A program made the translations under genes and the position numbers. DNA of 64,000 nt. Source: Verrucomicrobiota bacterium. GTDB lineage: Bacteria > Verrucomicrobiota > Verrucomicrobiia > Limisphaerales > UBA11358. Numbering within the stretch: the stretch's first letter is position 1; the number at the start of each line of letters is the position of its first letter. The notes under the pieces were generated by a model. The model searched no databases, was not told the DNA's origin, and saw only the letters and a list, made by a program, of their open reading frames with translations. This document shows positions 25,401 through 34,310 of the stretch, in pieces. The stretch covers positions 132,906 through 196,905 of the forward strand of contig JBEKRQ010000003.1 in NCBI GenBank assembly GCA_049517655.1, written 5' to 3'.

Positions 25401-27341
25401 TCATTCCACCGTCACGCTCTTGGCCAGATTTCGCGGCTTGTCCACGTCACAGCCGCGCGCAACGGCGATGTGATACGCGAACAATTGCAGCGGCACGGTC
25501 GCCAGAATCGGGTAAATCGGCTCCAACGTCTTGGGCAGATAAATCACGTCGTCGGCCACTTTCCTGATTCGTTTGTCGCCTTCGGTGGCCAGTGCGATGA
25601 TGGGGCCTTTGCGCGCGCGAATCATCGCCAGGTTCGCCATGGTCTTGTCATACATCGAATCCTGCGGCACGACAAAAACCGTCGGCGTCTTCGGGTCAAT
25701 CAACGCAATCGGGCCGTGTTTCATTTCCGCCGCCGAATAGCCCTCGGCGTGGATATAGGAAATTTCCTTCAGCTTGAGCGCGCCTTCCAGCGCAATCGGG
25801 AACGTGTAGCCGCGACCAAGGAAAAAGAAATCGTCGGCCTTCGCATATTTTTTCGCGAGCTTCTTGAACGCGTTGTTTTGCGCGAGGATGGATTCAAGCT
25901 GTTTGGGCGCGGCTTCGAGCGCGCGCAGAATTTCCAATGCGCGATGGGCCGAAAGCTTCCGCATCCGGCCCAAGTGAACGGCCAGCAGCGCTAGAATCGT
26001 AAGCGTGGAAATAAAGGCTTTGGTCGAGGCGACTCCGATTTCCGGACCGGCGTGCATGTAAATGCCGCCGTCAGACTCGCGCGCGATGGTGCTGCCGACA
26101 ACGTTGACGATGGCCAGCGCGCGATGACCGCTGCGTTTGGCTTTGCGCAGCGCGGCGAGCGTGTCGGCGGTCTCGCCGGATTGCGAGATGACCAGCAGCA
26201 CGGTGTTTTTTTCAAGCGGCGCGTTGCGATAACAAAATTCGTGTGCGAACTCAACCTCCACCGGAATTTGCGCGAGTTCTTCAATCAGATATTCGCCCAC
26301 CAGCGCCGCATGCCAGCTCGTGCCGCTGGCGGCGATGACGATGCGGTCAATCGCGCGCAACTCGGCGGACGTCAAATTCAGGCCGCCGAACTTAGCGGTC
26401 GCGCCTTTGATGTCCACGCGGCCGCGCAGCGCGTTTTCCACCGTTTCCGGCTGTTCGAAAATTTCCTTGAGCATGAAGTGCGCAAAATCGCCGCGCACAG
26501 TGTCTTCCTGGCTGAATTCGAGCTTGCTGATTTGCACGTTGGCGGTGTCCGTGCCCAGATTCAAAACGTCAAACCGCTTGCTCGTGACCGTCGCCACGTC
26601 GTAGTCGTTTAGGTAAACCACTTTTTTCGTGTGGGCGACGATGGCATTGGCGTCGCTGGCCAGAAAATGCTCGCCTTTGCCGATGCCGATGATGAGCGGC
26701 GAACCGCGTCGCGCGCCGACGATGGTGTCGGGCCGGTCGGCACAAACGACTGCAATGCCGTAAGCGCCGATGACTTCGCGCAGCGCATCGCAAACGGCCT
26801 GCGTCAGGGGATTGGAACCATTCACCGGCTGGCGGGATGAGCCGGATTTGGACTGCGGTGACATGTCACCGCTTTTTAAAGCGCCGACATGTCGGCGCAC
26901 TCCAAAATTTTCCATGCGTCGTTTCTCGTAATAGTCACCGATCAAATGCGCGAGGACTTCTGTATCGGTGCCGGAGCGGAATTTATGTCCGGTCTTGAGC
27001 AGTTTTTGTTTGAGCGCGTCGTAATTTTCGATGACGCCATTGTGGACGACGGCGATTTTGCCGGATTGATCGAGATGCGGATGCGAATTTTCGTCGGACG
27101 GCGGGCCGTGCGTGGCCCAGCGCGTGTGGCCGATGCCGAGATTGCCTGCGACCGGTTCGGCTTTCAAGAGTCGTGCGAGGCCCTCACCGATTTTCCCCTT
27201 TTTCTTGAGGACGATTAGATCGCCATTGCACACCACAGCCACGCCTGCGCTGTCGTAGCCGCGATATTCCAGCCGCCGCAATCCTTCGAGCAAGATGGGC
27301 GTGGCCGCCTTTTTACCGACGTATCCAATAATGCCGCACAT
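25401..27341 (-). CDS. glmS: glutamine--fructose-6-phosphate aminotransferase
   Basis: MCGIIGYVG Ntn start, two SIS domains, and a C-terminal ...NLAKSVTVE. Confidence 0.95.
   Translation of the reverse strand: MCGIIGYVGKKAATPILLEGLRRLEYRGYDSAGVAVVCNGDLIVLKKKGKIGEGLARLLKAEPVAGNLGIGHTRWATHGPPSDENSHPHLDQSGKIAVVHNGVIENYDALKQKLLKTGHKFRSGTDTEVLAHLIGDYYEKRRMENFGVRRHVGALKSGDMSPQSKSGSSRQPVNGSNPLTQAVCDALREVIGAYGIAVVCADRPDTIVGARRGSPLIIGIGKGEHFLASDANAIVAHTKKVVYLNDYDVATVTSKRFDVLNLGTDTANVQISKLEFSQEDTVRGDFAHFMLKEIFEQPETVENALRGRVDIKGATAKFGGLNLTSAELRAIDRIVIAASGTSWHAALVGEYLIEELAQIPVEVEFAHEFCYRNAPLEKNTVLLVISQSGETADTLAALRKAKRSGHRALAIVNVVGSTIARESDGGIYMHAGPEIGVASTKAFISTLTILALLAVHLGRMRKLSAHRALEILRALEAAPKQLESILAQNNAFKKLAKKYAKADDFFFLGRGYTFPIALEGALKLKEISYIHAEGYSAAEMKHGPIALIDPKTPTVFVVPQDSMYDKTMANLAMIRARKGPIIALATEGDKRIRKVADDVIYLPKTLEPIYPILATVPLQLFAYHIAVARGCDVDKPRNLAKSVTVE
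26857..26898. repeat. double perfect palindrome inserted in frame in glmS
   Basis: ggtgacatgtcacc (14 bp) and gcgccgacatgtcggcgc (18 bp) separated by gctttttaaa. They lie within an extra segment of roughly 30 aa (FGVRRHVGALKSGDMSPQSKSG...). Confidence 0.8.
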
Positions 27342-27350
27342 AGTTTTTCG

Positions 27351-27429
27351 TCCGCAGATTGCGCCGATTTCACAGATTTTTCTTCATAAACTCAAAATAT
27401 AATCTGCGTCCATCTGTGTAATCTGCGGA
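27351..27429. repeat. ATCTGYGG-family palindromic element between gmhB and glmS
   Basis: tccgcagattgcgccgatttcacagat ... atctgcgtccatctgtgtaatctgcgga. Confidence 0.8.
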
Positions 27430-27430
27430 T

Positions 27431-27976
27431 TTATTTTTGTTTCAAAATCCATTCCGCTGCGCCGCGCAAATCGTCCACAATCACCGCGCGCTTCAGTTTG
27501 TCCGGTTCCGCGCGTTCCAGTTCCGCGCCGTAGCCGGTGCGGACCAGAATGCTCTTTTTCACGCCCGCGTTCCAGCCGCATTCCAAATCGGCCAGCTTGT
27601 CGCCGATGACAAAGCTTTGCGCCAGATCCACGCCAAATTCATCGCGCGCGTCGAACAAAAATTGAGGCGACGGTTTGCGTCCGCGCTGCGGCTGGCCGGG
27701 CGCTTCCGGCGCGATGTATATTTTCTCGAAGCGCACACCGTGGCGCGCCAGTTTGCTGCAAAGATGCTCGTTGACGCGTTCCACGTCCGCAAGTGTGAAG
27801 TAACCGCGTCCGATGCCGGATTGATTTGAGATGATGAACAGTTTGCAGCCTGCGGCGCAAAGCTGTTTCAAGCCGATGGGCGTGGACGGAAAAATTTCCA
27901 CGTCCTCCGTCCGGCACAGATAATTTTTTTCCACGATGATTGTGCCATCGCGGTCGAGAAAGACAGCCCGGTTCAT
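27431..27976 (-). CDS. gmhB: D-glycero-D-manno-heptose 1,7-bisphosphate phosphatase (HAD-IIIA)
   Basis: FLDRDGTII and ISNQSGIGRGYF motifs. ATG at 27976 preferred. Confidence 0.82.
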   Translation of the reverse strand: MNRAVFLDRDGTIIVEKNYLCRTEDVEIFPSTPIGLKQLCAAGCKLFIISNQSGIGRGYFTLADVERVNEHLCSKLARHGVRFEKIYIAPEAPGQPQRGRKPSPQFLFDARDEFGVDLAQSFVIGDKLADLECGWNAGVKKSILVRTGYGAELERAEPDKLKRAVIVDDLRGAAEWILKQK

Positions 27977-28162
27977 TCTTTTGATTGTGAGTTCAACTTC
28001 CACCGGAGTTCAAGCTTTAGCTTGCAAGGTTCAGACTCAAAGAGCGGCAGTCACCCTGTGACCAAATTGTGGTTTGATTATGGCAAGAATGGAATTGAAT
28101 TTTTTCCAATCTTTGCGCAACCTGTGATGATTTCATTTTTTCATCAACAACCAAAAATACAC

Positions 28163-29449
28163 ATGAGCAAAGGCAAAATGGGAATTCTGGTCGGTGGCGG
28201 CCCGGCGCCGGGCATCAACGGCGTCATCGCCGCGGCCACCATCGAAGGCATCAACCAGGGCTTTGAAGTCATCGGCTTTCAAGACGGGTTCAAATCGCTC
28301 GCGGCTGGCGAAGCAAAAAATTACAGGCCGCTGACCGTCCATGACGTGATAAACATCCATCTGCGCGGCGGTTCAATCCTCGGCACTTCGCGCACGAACC
28401 CGACCAAATCCGAGACCAGCATGCAGAACGTGTTCAAGGTTTTGGAACAGCTGGGCATCACGACGCTGGTGACAATTGGCGGCGATGACACGGCATTTTC
28501 CGCCAGCCAGGTCGCCAAGCGCAGCAACGGCAAAATCAAGGTGGCGCACGTGCCCAAGACGATTGACAACGATTTGCCGCTGCCCGGTGTGACGCCGACG
28601 TTTGGTTTCGAGACCGCGCGGCACAATGGCGTTCAGATCGTTCGCAACCTGATGGAGGACGCCCGCACAACGTCGCGCTGGTATATCGTCATCGCCATGG
28701 GACGCGCGGCGGGGCATCTCGCGCTCGGCATCGGCAAGGCGGCGGCGTCCGCGCTCGTCGTCATCGGGGAGGAATTTCGCAACCGGCAGGTCACGGTGGA
28801 TGAAGTGTGCGACATGATTATCGGCTCCATCATCAAACGCCGCGCCGAAGGCACGCAACACGGCCTCGTCATTCTCGCCGAAGGCCTGATTGAAGCGATG
28901 GGCGAGCAGGGTTTGCTCAAGGCGCTGCCTGAAGGACAATTGGAACGCTACGGCAAGGTTGCCTACGACGAACACGGCCATTTGCGCATGGCCGAAATCG
29001 AATTTGGCCGCCTGATGAAAGACCTTTTGACCGCCCGCCTCGAAAAGCTCGGCCTCAAAATGGCCTTCATTGCCAAGGATGTCGGTTACGAACTCCGCTG
29101 CGCCGACCCGATCCCGTTCGACGCCGAATACACGCGCGACCTCGGTCATGCCGCGATAAAATTCCTGCTGTCGCCCGAAGCCAAAAAATACGGTGCCATC
29201 ATCAGCTTCGTGGACGGCAAAATGAATCCGCTGCCGTTCGAGAAAATGCTCGACCCGAAGACCGGCCGCATGCAAAACCGCCGCGTCAATGTGGACGGCG
29301 AACCCTTTGAATGCGCCTGCGCCTACATGACCCGGCTCAAGCGCGAGGATTTCGAGGACGCAAAGCAACTCGCCAAGCTCGCCGTCGTCGTCAAATTGAC
29401 GCCGGAACAATTCCGCGCCCGCTTCGGTTACCTTGCAGGTTTGAAGTAA
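28163..29449 (+). CDS. pfp: phosphofructokinase, probably pyrophosphate-dependent
   Basis: PFK fold (GGGPAPGING). GGDD and PKTIDND occupy the two positions that in characterised enzymes separate PPi- from ATP-dependent PFKs. ATG at 28163. Confidence 0.8.
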   Translation: MSKGKMGILVGGGPAPGINGVIAAATIEGINQGFEVIGFQDGFKSLAAGEAKNYRPLTVHDVINIHLRGGSILGTSRTNPTKSETSMQNVFKVLEQLGITTLVTIGGDDTAFSASQVAKRSNGKIKVAHVPKTIDNDLPLPGVTPTFGFETARHNGVQIVRNLMEDARTTSRWYIVIAMGRAAGHLALGIGKAAASALVVIGEEFRNRQVTVDEVCDMIIGSIIKRRAEGTQHGLVILAEGLIEAMGEQGLLKALPEGQLERYGKVAYDEHGHLRMAEIEFGRLMKDLLTARLEKLGLKMAFIAKDVGYELRCADPIPFDAEYTRDLGHAAIKFLLSPEAKKYGAIISFVDGKMNPLPFEKMLDPKTGRMQNRRVNVDGEPFECACAYMTRLKREDFEDAKQLAKLAVVVKLTPEQFRARFGYLAGLK

Positions 29450-29613
29450 AAAATTTTAGAACTCATACAGCGGCGGGAAAATTCCCGCCGCCTTTTTTAT
29501 GAACCACAAAGGCACAAAGGTTTTATCCGCGAATTGCGCGAATTTTCACAAATAATTTTAACCGCAGCCTGTCCGCCGTAGCCTTGGCGGAGGCGGAAGA
29601 CGCAGAGAAGAAA

Positions 29614-29743
29614 TCCGCAGATTACGCAGATTGCCGCAGATTTTGAGGTAGGGCGCGCACTCCGTGCGCGCCGCAGGTAGGGACGCCTGCGCTACATTCT
29701 TTCAGAAAAGAATCCGTGTTTATCCGTGTCATCCGTGGTTAAA
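29614..29743. repeat. ATCTGYGG-family element with a GGTAGGG-type element nested between its arms
   Basis: Left arm tccgcagattacgcagattgccgcagat and right arm atccgtgtttatccgtgtcatccgtgg. The interior 29647..29695 is ggtagggcgcgcac-tcc-gtgcgcgcc... Confidence 0.7.
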
Positions 29744-29751
29744 CTTATTCC

Positions 29752-30453
29752 ATGAAACCGCTCGCCGATTGCCGGCTTTACGCCTTCGTTGACACGGCCT
29801 ATATGCATGGCCGCGCACCGGAAGTTGTCGCGCAACAACTCTGCGACGGCGGCGCCGATTTGATTCAACTCCGCGCAAAAAATTCTTTGCCCGATGAAAT
29901 CCGTGCAATGGCTGAAAAAATCCTGCCCATTACCCGGCGGGCAAACGTCGGCCTCGTCATCAATGATTACGTGGACATCGCCTACGACCTCAATACGGAT
30001 TTTTGTCATTTGGGACAGGAAGATTTTTTCGGTGCCGGGTTTAAAAACGTTTCTCAACTTAAAGGTAGGGACGGCTCTCCGAGCCGTCCGTTGGGACGCG
30101 GAACTTCCGTCGGCGCGCTCGGAGAGCGCGCCCTACCAGAAGTGCGGATTGGTTTGTCAACGCATTCTCCGGAACAGGCACAGCGCGCATTGGCGGCGGG
30201 CGCGGATTACATCGCCATCGGACCGGTGTTTGCGACGGGCACAAAGCCGACTGCAAAACCGGTAACGCTCGAATACGTCCGCTGGGCGGCGATGAATGTG
30301 ACCATTCCATGGTTCGCCATTGGTGGCATTAATCTGGAAAATCTCGACAGCGTTTTGGCGGCAGGCGCAAAGCGGATTTGCGTGGTGTCAGCAATTTTGA
30401 ATGCGAAAGATGTGACAAAAGCCTGCGCGGAATTTCGGAAAAGGTTGTGCTAA
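29752..30453 (+). CDS. thiE: thiamine-phosphate synthase
   Basis: LIQLRAK, HLGQED and ADYIAIGPVFATGTK motifs. Confidence 0.88.
   Translation: MKPLADCRLYAFVDTAYMHGRAPEVVAQQLCDGGADLIQLRAKNSLPDEIRAMAEKILPITRRANVGLVINDYVDIAYDLNTDFCHLGQEDFFGAGFKNVSQLKGRDGSPSRPLGRGTSVGALGERALPEVRIGLSTHSPEQAQRALAAGADYIAIGPVFATGTKPTAKPVTLEYVRWAAMNVTIPWFAIGGINLENLDSVLAAGAKRICVVSAILNAKDVTKACAEFRKRLC
30064..30137. repeat. GGTAGGG-type compound palindromic element inserted in frame in thiE
   Basis: ggtaggg...ccctacc outer stem with hairpins ggacggctc/gagccgtcc and ggcgcgctc/gagcgcgcc. It encodes GRDGSPSRPLGRGTSVGALGERALP. Confidence 0.8.
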
Positions 30454-30525
30454 ACACCTTCTCCAATCAATAGTTTCAATTTCGCTTGTCTTGAATCCTC
30501 ATTCATTCAAGCATTCATCCAAGCC

Positions 30526-32214
30526 ATGAAAACTCCCACTTCAGACAATTTCTTTCACCGGGCATCTGCAGTTTGTCTGGTCGGTTTGTTCCTTTGTGTT
30601 TTATTGCCGCAGTCACGCGCGGCTGAACCATACAAAGCGACGAATGGCGAATTTTCCGTCGTCGGCGATGCGGTGGTTGAATTGTTGCAAAGTCATGACA
30701 CGGCACGGTTCGCCAAAGAGTTAGCTCCGACCATCGAGGACTTTCGAGCCATCCTTTCAACTAATACGGTGGTGAAGGATGCAGACCCATTAAAAGGTTT
30801 TCAAGGCACGGTTGAAGACGACCGCCGAAGGGTTGAGTCAAGTGCCAAAGCGCTTTTAGCAAAGGCTGAGACATTGCATTTGGATTTTTCGAAGGGAAAA
30901 ATCCAAATGCACATTAACACACCAAAGTATTTGGGAACAACGCGATGGTCTAGTCTTCAAGCTGAGAATGAATCAGTGCCCTATGCGGAAGAAGTGGAGA
31001 TTGAATTTAATCTGGATTCGGACGCAACCAGTTCAACCAACGGCAATTTCAAGATCGCTGTGCGAGGTTTGAACAAGTTTCCGGGCGGCTGGCGAACTTA
31101 TCAAGGGGTTCAATGGCTGGCTTTTCCCACCAACATCGCGGATGAAAAGACTCAGCGTGAGATAAGCATCATGTCCTTGGCGATGGCATATAAAGGTTTC
31201 GATAGTCAACTTGATCCGTCACTCACCAAACTTGGTGAAACACTGGTTCGTTTCCTTCGCGAGCGGGATATGCGCCTTTACCAGCAAGAAGCTCTGGTCA
31301 CCGCCGACATGACTTGGGCGCAGCTTCAAAAGAGTGCCGGGGGGAAAGGGCCTTCACGGCAGGAGTTTGATAAGATGTGGAACGAGCATCAATCAGATTT
31401 GATTGACGCGGCACGTTCGACCCTCAAGCAGATGGATGACGCTGGCATTGATTTGAAGGATGCCAAGATTCAAATCCAAGAAGCTGCCGTTGAACAAAGC
31501 GATCTCCGCAGTGGCCCCGGCTCGTTGGATGGCTTGGAAGGTAATCAGTTTCAAGTCAAACTGTCGGTCAAATCGGAAAGGAAGGCCAAGATTGGAAAAT
31601 CTTTATCTGGGGACTATGTCCTTGCTGTCAACGAAATCACCCGCTTTGGGGATGATTGGAGAATTACCGACAAGGTTCGCTGGGATAAATTTCCGGCGGG
31701 CGTGGTTGACGAAAAAACCGAAGCAACTTTGGAGTTTGAAAACCATGTCGCCAAATATCGCAGTTTGCCACCAGGAATGGCTGCTCCCGAGATTGAATTC
31801 ATACGCTTCGACAACGAACAGAAGATGAAACTGTCCGATTTGCGCGGCAAAGTGGTGGTGCTGGATTTTTGGGCGACTTGGTGCGGCCCTTGTCAGGAGC
31901 CGATGGCAAAGTTGCAGACCATCCGGCAAGCCCATCCTGATTGGAAAGATAGCGTAACCATTGTGCCTTTAAGCATTGATGACACGTTGAAACAAGTCCG
32001 CGACCATGTGGACAAACGCGGCTGGACAAACACCTTCAATGTTTGGGCTGGGCCGGGCGGTTGGATATCAACGCCAGCAAAGACCTTTCGCGTGACTGGT
32101 GTTCCGACCACCTACATTATTGATACCAAAGGCAAGATTGTTAACGCTGGCTATCCTCTTGAAGATTGGATCGTTCAGATAGTGAATGGTTTGCTGAAAG
32201 CACAAAAGCCGTAA
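30526..32214 (+). CDS. secreted protein with C-terminal TlpA/redoxin-like thioredoxin domain
   Basis: Signal peptide. The C-terminus carries VVLDFWATWCGPCQEPM (CxxC redoxin). The N-terminal ~400 aa are unassigned. Confidence 0.75.
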   Translation: MKTPTSDNFFHRASAVCLVGLFLCVLLPQSRAAEPYKATNGEFSVVGDAVVELLQSHDTARFAKELAPTIEDFRAILSTNTVVKDADPLKGFQGTVEDDRRRVESSAKALLAKAETLHLDFSKGKIQMHINTPKYLGTTRWSSLQAENESVPYAEEVEIEFNLDSDATSSTNGNFKIAVRGLNKFPGGWRTYQGVQWLAFPTNIADEKTQREISIMSLAMAYKGFDSQLDPSLTKLGETLVRFLRERDMRLYQQEALVTADMTWAQLQKSAGGKGPSRQEFDKMWNEHQSDLIDAARSTLKQMDDAGIDLKDAKIQIQEAAVEQSDLRSGPGSLDGLEGNQFQVKLSVKSERKAKIGKSLSGDYVLAVNEITRFGDDWRITDKVRWDKFPAGVVDEKTEATLEFENHVAKYRSLPPGMAAPEIEFIRFDNEQKMKLSDLRGKVVVLDFWATWCGPCQEPMAKLQTIRQAHPDWKDSVTIVPLSIDDTLKQVRDHVDKRGWTNTFNVWAGPGGWISTPAKTFRVTGVPTTYIIDTKGKIVNAGYPLEDWIVQIVNGLLKAQKP

Positions 32215-32414
32215 ATTTATTTCAATCTCCACTCGCTGCGGCTGCCGTGAATTAAAAAACCTGTATCGCGGAGAACTTGAAGTTACTGGCGGATTTTGAA
32301 AGCGGCGGAGGGCCGCCGCAGTCCAAGACGTGGGCGCGTTTTCCAACGACCTTTAAACCTCGCGAAGCGTCTTGGAGTGCGCCAGTCCTCGGCGCTTTGG
32401 GCGGGCGGGAAATT

Positions 32415-32447
32415 ATTTCAGCGCGATGACCCGGATGGGGACGGTGA
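32415..32447 (+). repeat. 33-bp repeat (D-type), copy 1
   Basis: atttcagcgcgatgacccggatggggacggtga matches 35495..35527 at 31/33. Confidence 0.8.
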
Positions 32448-32477
32448 ATGTGGACGCAACCGGATGAAACCGGCGGC

Positions 32478-32825
32478 TCACTCAATCGGCACGCCCAAGG
32501 CTTTGGCAGCCGCCTGTATCGCCTGCTCTTTTGTGGTGCGCTCACGGTCGGACTTCTGTAGGCGCATCACATCAGCATGTTTCAAGAATGACTCTGCGCT
32601 GCTCAAAAGGCGTTCCACGTTTTCACGAAAACCGGGCGGGAAGGTTGAAGGACTAAAAATGAGAATCCCGTCCCTGACAAAGGCTGGATGATAATGACCC
32701 AGTTGCTCGTCAGTCTCCAACATCTGCCGAAACTTTTCAAAGACCTGCCCGCTCAATTTCGGGTCTGTGGTCATGGCAATGCTGTTTTCACCACAGAGTT
32801 CTCTGTTGATGGATTTGATTTTCAT
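32478..32825 (-). CDS. hypothetical protein
   Basis: 115-aa ORF with no recognised family. Confidence 0.4.
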   Translation of the reverse strand: MKIKSINRELCGENSIAMTTDPKLSGQVFEKFRQMLETDEQLGHYHPAFVRDGILIFSPSTFPPGFRENVERLLSSAESFLKHADVMRLQKSDRERTTKEQAIQAAAKALGVPIE

Positions 32826-32940
32826 GTGGTGGTAGTTGGTTTAGAATGCAATTAACTGCCACATTTTCAGATCTGTCAAACCGAATCGGAACTCCGGTAA
32901 CAATCTGATGCACCATGACCAGCCACCAGGCTGGGAGACA

Positions 32941-33240
32941 CTACGGCAAACGCCAGCCACCGCGCTCGATGTGCAATAGCAGACCAGTATCACGCAGGAC
33001 TTGAAGCCTGATTTTATCGTGGATGTGGCGATTATCTGGATGAAGCTTTTCCAACTCGCGAGTGAAATGGGGAGCACACGCGCCCCGCGTGTTGTTCGTC
33101 GCGCCCTCGCGGCGAACATTTCGGGTGTAATGAACGACATTGTGTAGCCTCATTCCCACGAATGCCAACGACGAGGGCGTCGTTGGCTGCACGCGAGGCG
33201 CGTGCGCTCCCCAGCACGATGTTCAAAACGTCCAATCCAG
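32941..33240 (-). pseudogene. fragment of a DpnI-like restriction enzyme gene (C-terminal winged-helix part), frameshifted and repeat-disrupted
   Basis: FTRELEKLHPDNRHIHDKIRLQVLRDTGLLLHIERGGWRLP* parallels the C-terminus of the intact gene at 38591..39358. LDVLNIV lies upstream in another frame. Inverted ggggagcgcacgcgcc / ggcgcgtgtgctcccc arms interrupt it. Confidence 0.75.
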
Positions 33241-33404
33241 CATGGTGGGACAGAGCCGCCGCTCTGCCCTAAAATTGGGGCGGCGCAGCAACGCCGCCCT
33301 ACCGTGATTTCACCCGAGGGGTTTGACGCGACAGAAGTGGACTCGCTCGCGCCATGGGGTGTTCACCCCATAGCCAGCCAGCCAGAACCGGTTAATCTAG
33401 CAGC

Positions 33405-33797
33405 ATGAAAATAAATCAACTCCGCTGGACAATCCGGCTGCTGTTATTGAATGTGACCCTTGCGCTTTTAGCCACTGGTTGCGCCACACCCACTGGATCC
33501 TACAATCAGGATTTCCATCAAAACCTTCCCACCTCACCCAACTATGCCATTGAGAATGTTAATGACACGGATTTCCACGTTATCGTCCATCAAGGCACTG
33601 CTTTGAAGGGATCGGATCGCATCATTTATGTGAAACAAGTGGCCTCGGCTGTTGCTGAAAACGAAGCCAAAAACAGGGGCTGGAAAAACTATGACCTTAA
33701 TTATGTTCAAGAATACGACCAAGGGTGGATGCACGTTGTTGTAGCCGATATCACCCGTAAGAACGCTGTCGAAAAAACACCCAGATCAACCCAATAA
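33405..33797 (+). CDS. hypothetical lipoprotein
   Basis: Lipobox LLATGC after a signal peptide. 130 aa. Confidence 0.6.
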   Translation: MKINQLRWTIRLLLLNVTLALLATGCATPTGSYNQDFHQNLPTSPNYAIENVNDTDFHVIVHQGTALKGSDRIIYVKQVASAVAENEAKNRGWKNYDLNYVQEYDQGWMHVVVADITRKNAVEKTPRSTQ

Positions 33798-33824
33798 CAA
33801 ACCATAGGTTTCACCGATTCGGTT

Positions 33825-33869
33825 TTAACCGCCAAGACGCCAGACACCGCGCTCGACGTGTAATAGTAA
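33825..33869 (-). repeat. relic of DpnI-like gene 3' end (copy R2)
   Basis: The minus strand reads LLLHVERGVWRLGG*. Confidence 0.65.
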
Positions 33870-33951
33870 GGACAAGGCGCTACTCAGCTCCACCTGTGAC
33901 CTAACATGACGAGTTTTACGGCTGATACCTAGTTTTGTCAGATTGGCTCCG

Positions 33952-34299
33952 TTAAACTGTAAATACTTTTGCGGCAAGATTTATCGCTTGATCCATCGCG
34001 TTGGTCACTTGCGTTGCAACTGAAATAACATGAATCCAATCACTTATTTGTGTCTGGACACTCTGTAGTTTGGCGTTCACCGCAGCGACATTGGCTTTGA
34101 GTATGGTGTACTGAGTCGTGCTGGAATCTAAAGCTCCTTGGTTCAATGTGGTCAAGATATCAGACACAGCTTGAGCTAAACCGTTAATGGCGTCTTTTGC
34201 TTCAATAGTTGAAGCAACCCAATACGCTTGATTTAACAAGTTGTACAACCGTTGAAGCGACTGCTGGTAATTGTTCTGGACAGGAGAAGAGATAATCAT
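33952..34299 (-). CDS. hypothetical protein (helical, A+T-rich gene)
   Basis: 115-aa ORF 12 nt downstream of the 34311..35357 ORF on the same strand. Confidence 0.5.
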   Translation of the reverse strand: MIISSPVQNNYQQSLQRLYNLLNQAYWVASTIEAKDAINGLAQAVSDILTTLNQGALDSSTTQYTILKANVAAVNAKLQSVQTQISDWIHVISVATQVTNAMDQAINLAAKVFTV

Positions 34300-34310
34300 A
34301 TGCGAGTATT

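Noticed and set aside
29450-29751. I looked for a TPP riboswitch upstream of thiE.
   Set aside because: The leader is fully accounted for by dispersed repeat elements. I could not find the conserved CUGAGA / ACCUGAUCUGGAUAAUGCCAGCG-type core.
32215-32415. I considered a possible small gene or regulatory RNA downstream of the redoxin gene.
   Set aside because: The sequence gcggcggagggccgccgcagtccaagacg...ggagtgcgccagtcctcggcgctttgg looks like another dispersed palindromic repeat, which gives PPQSKT-type spurious translations. It has no start or stop structure of its own.
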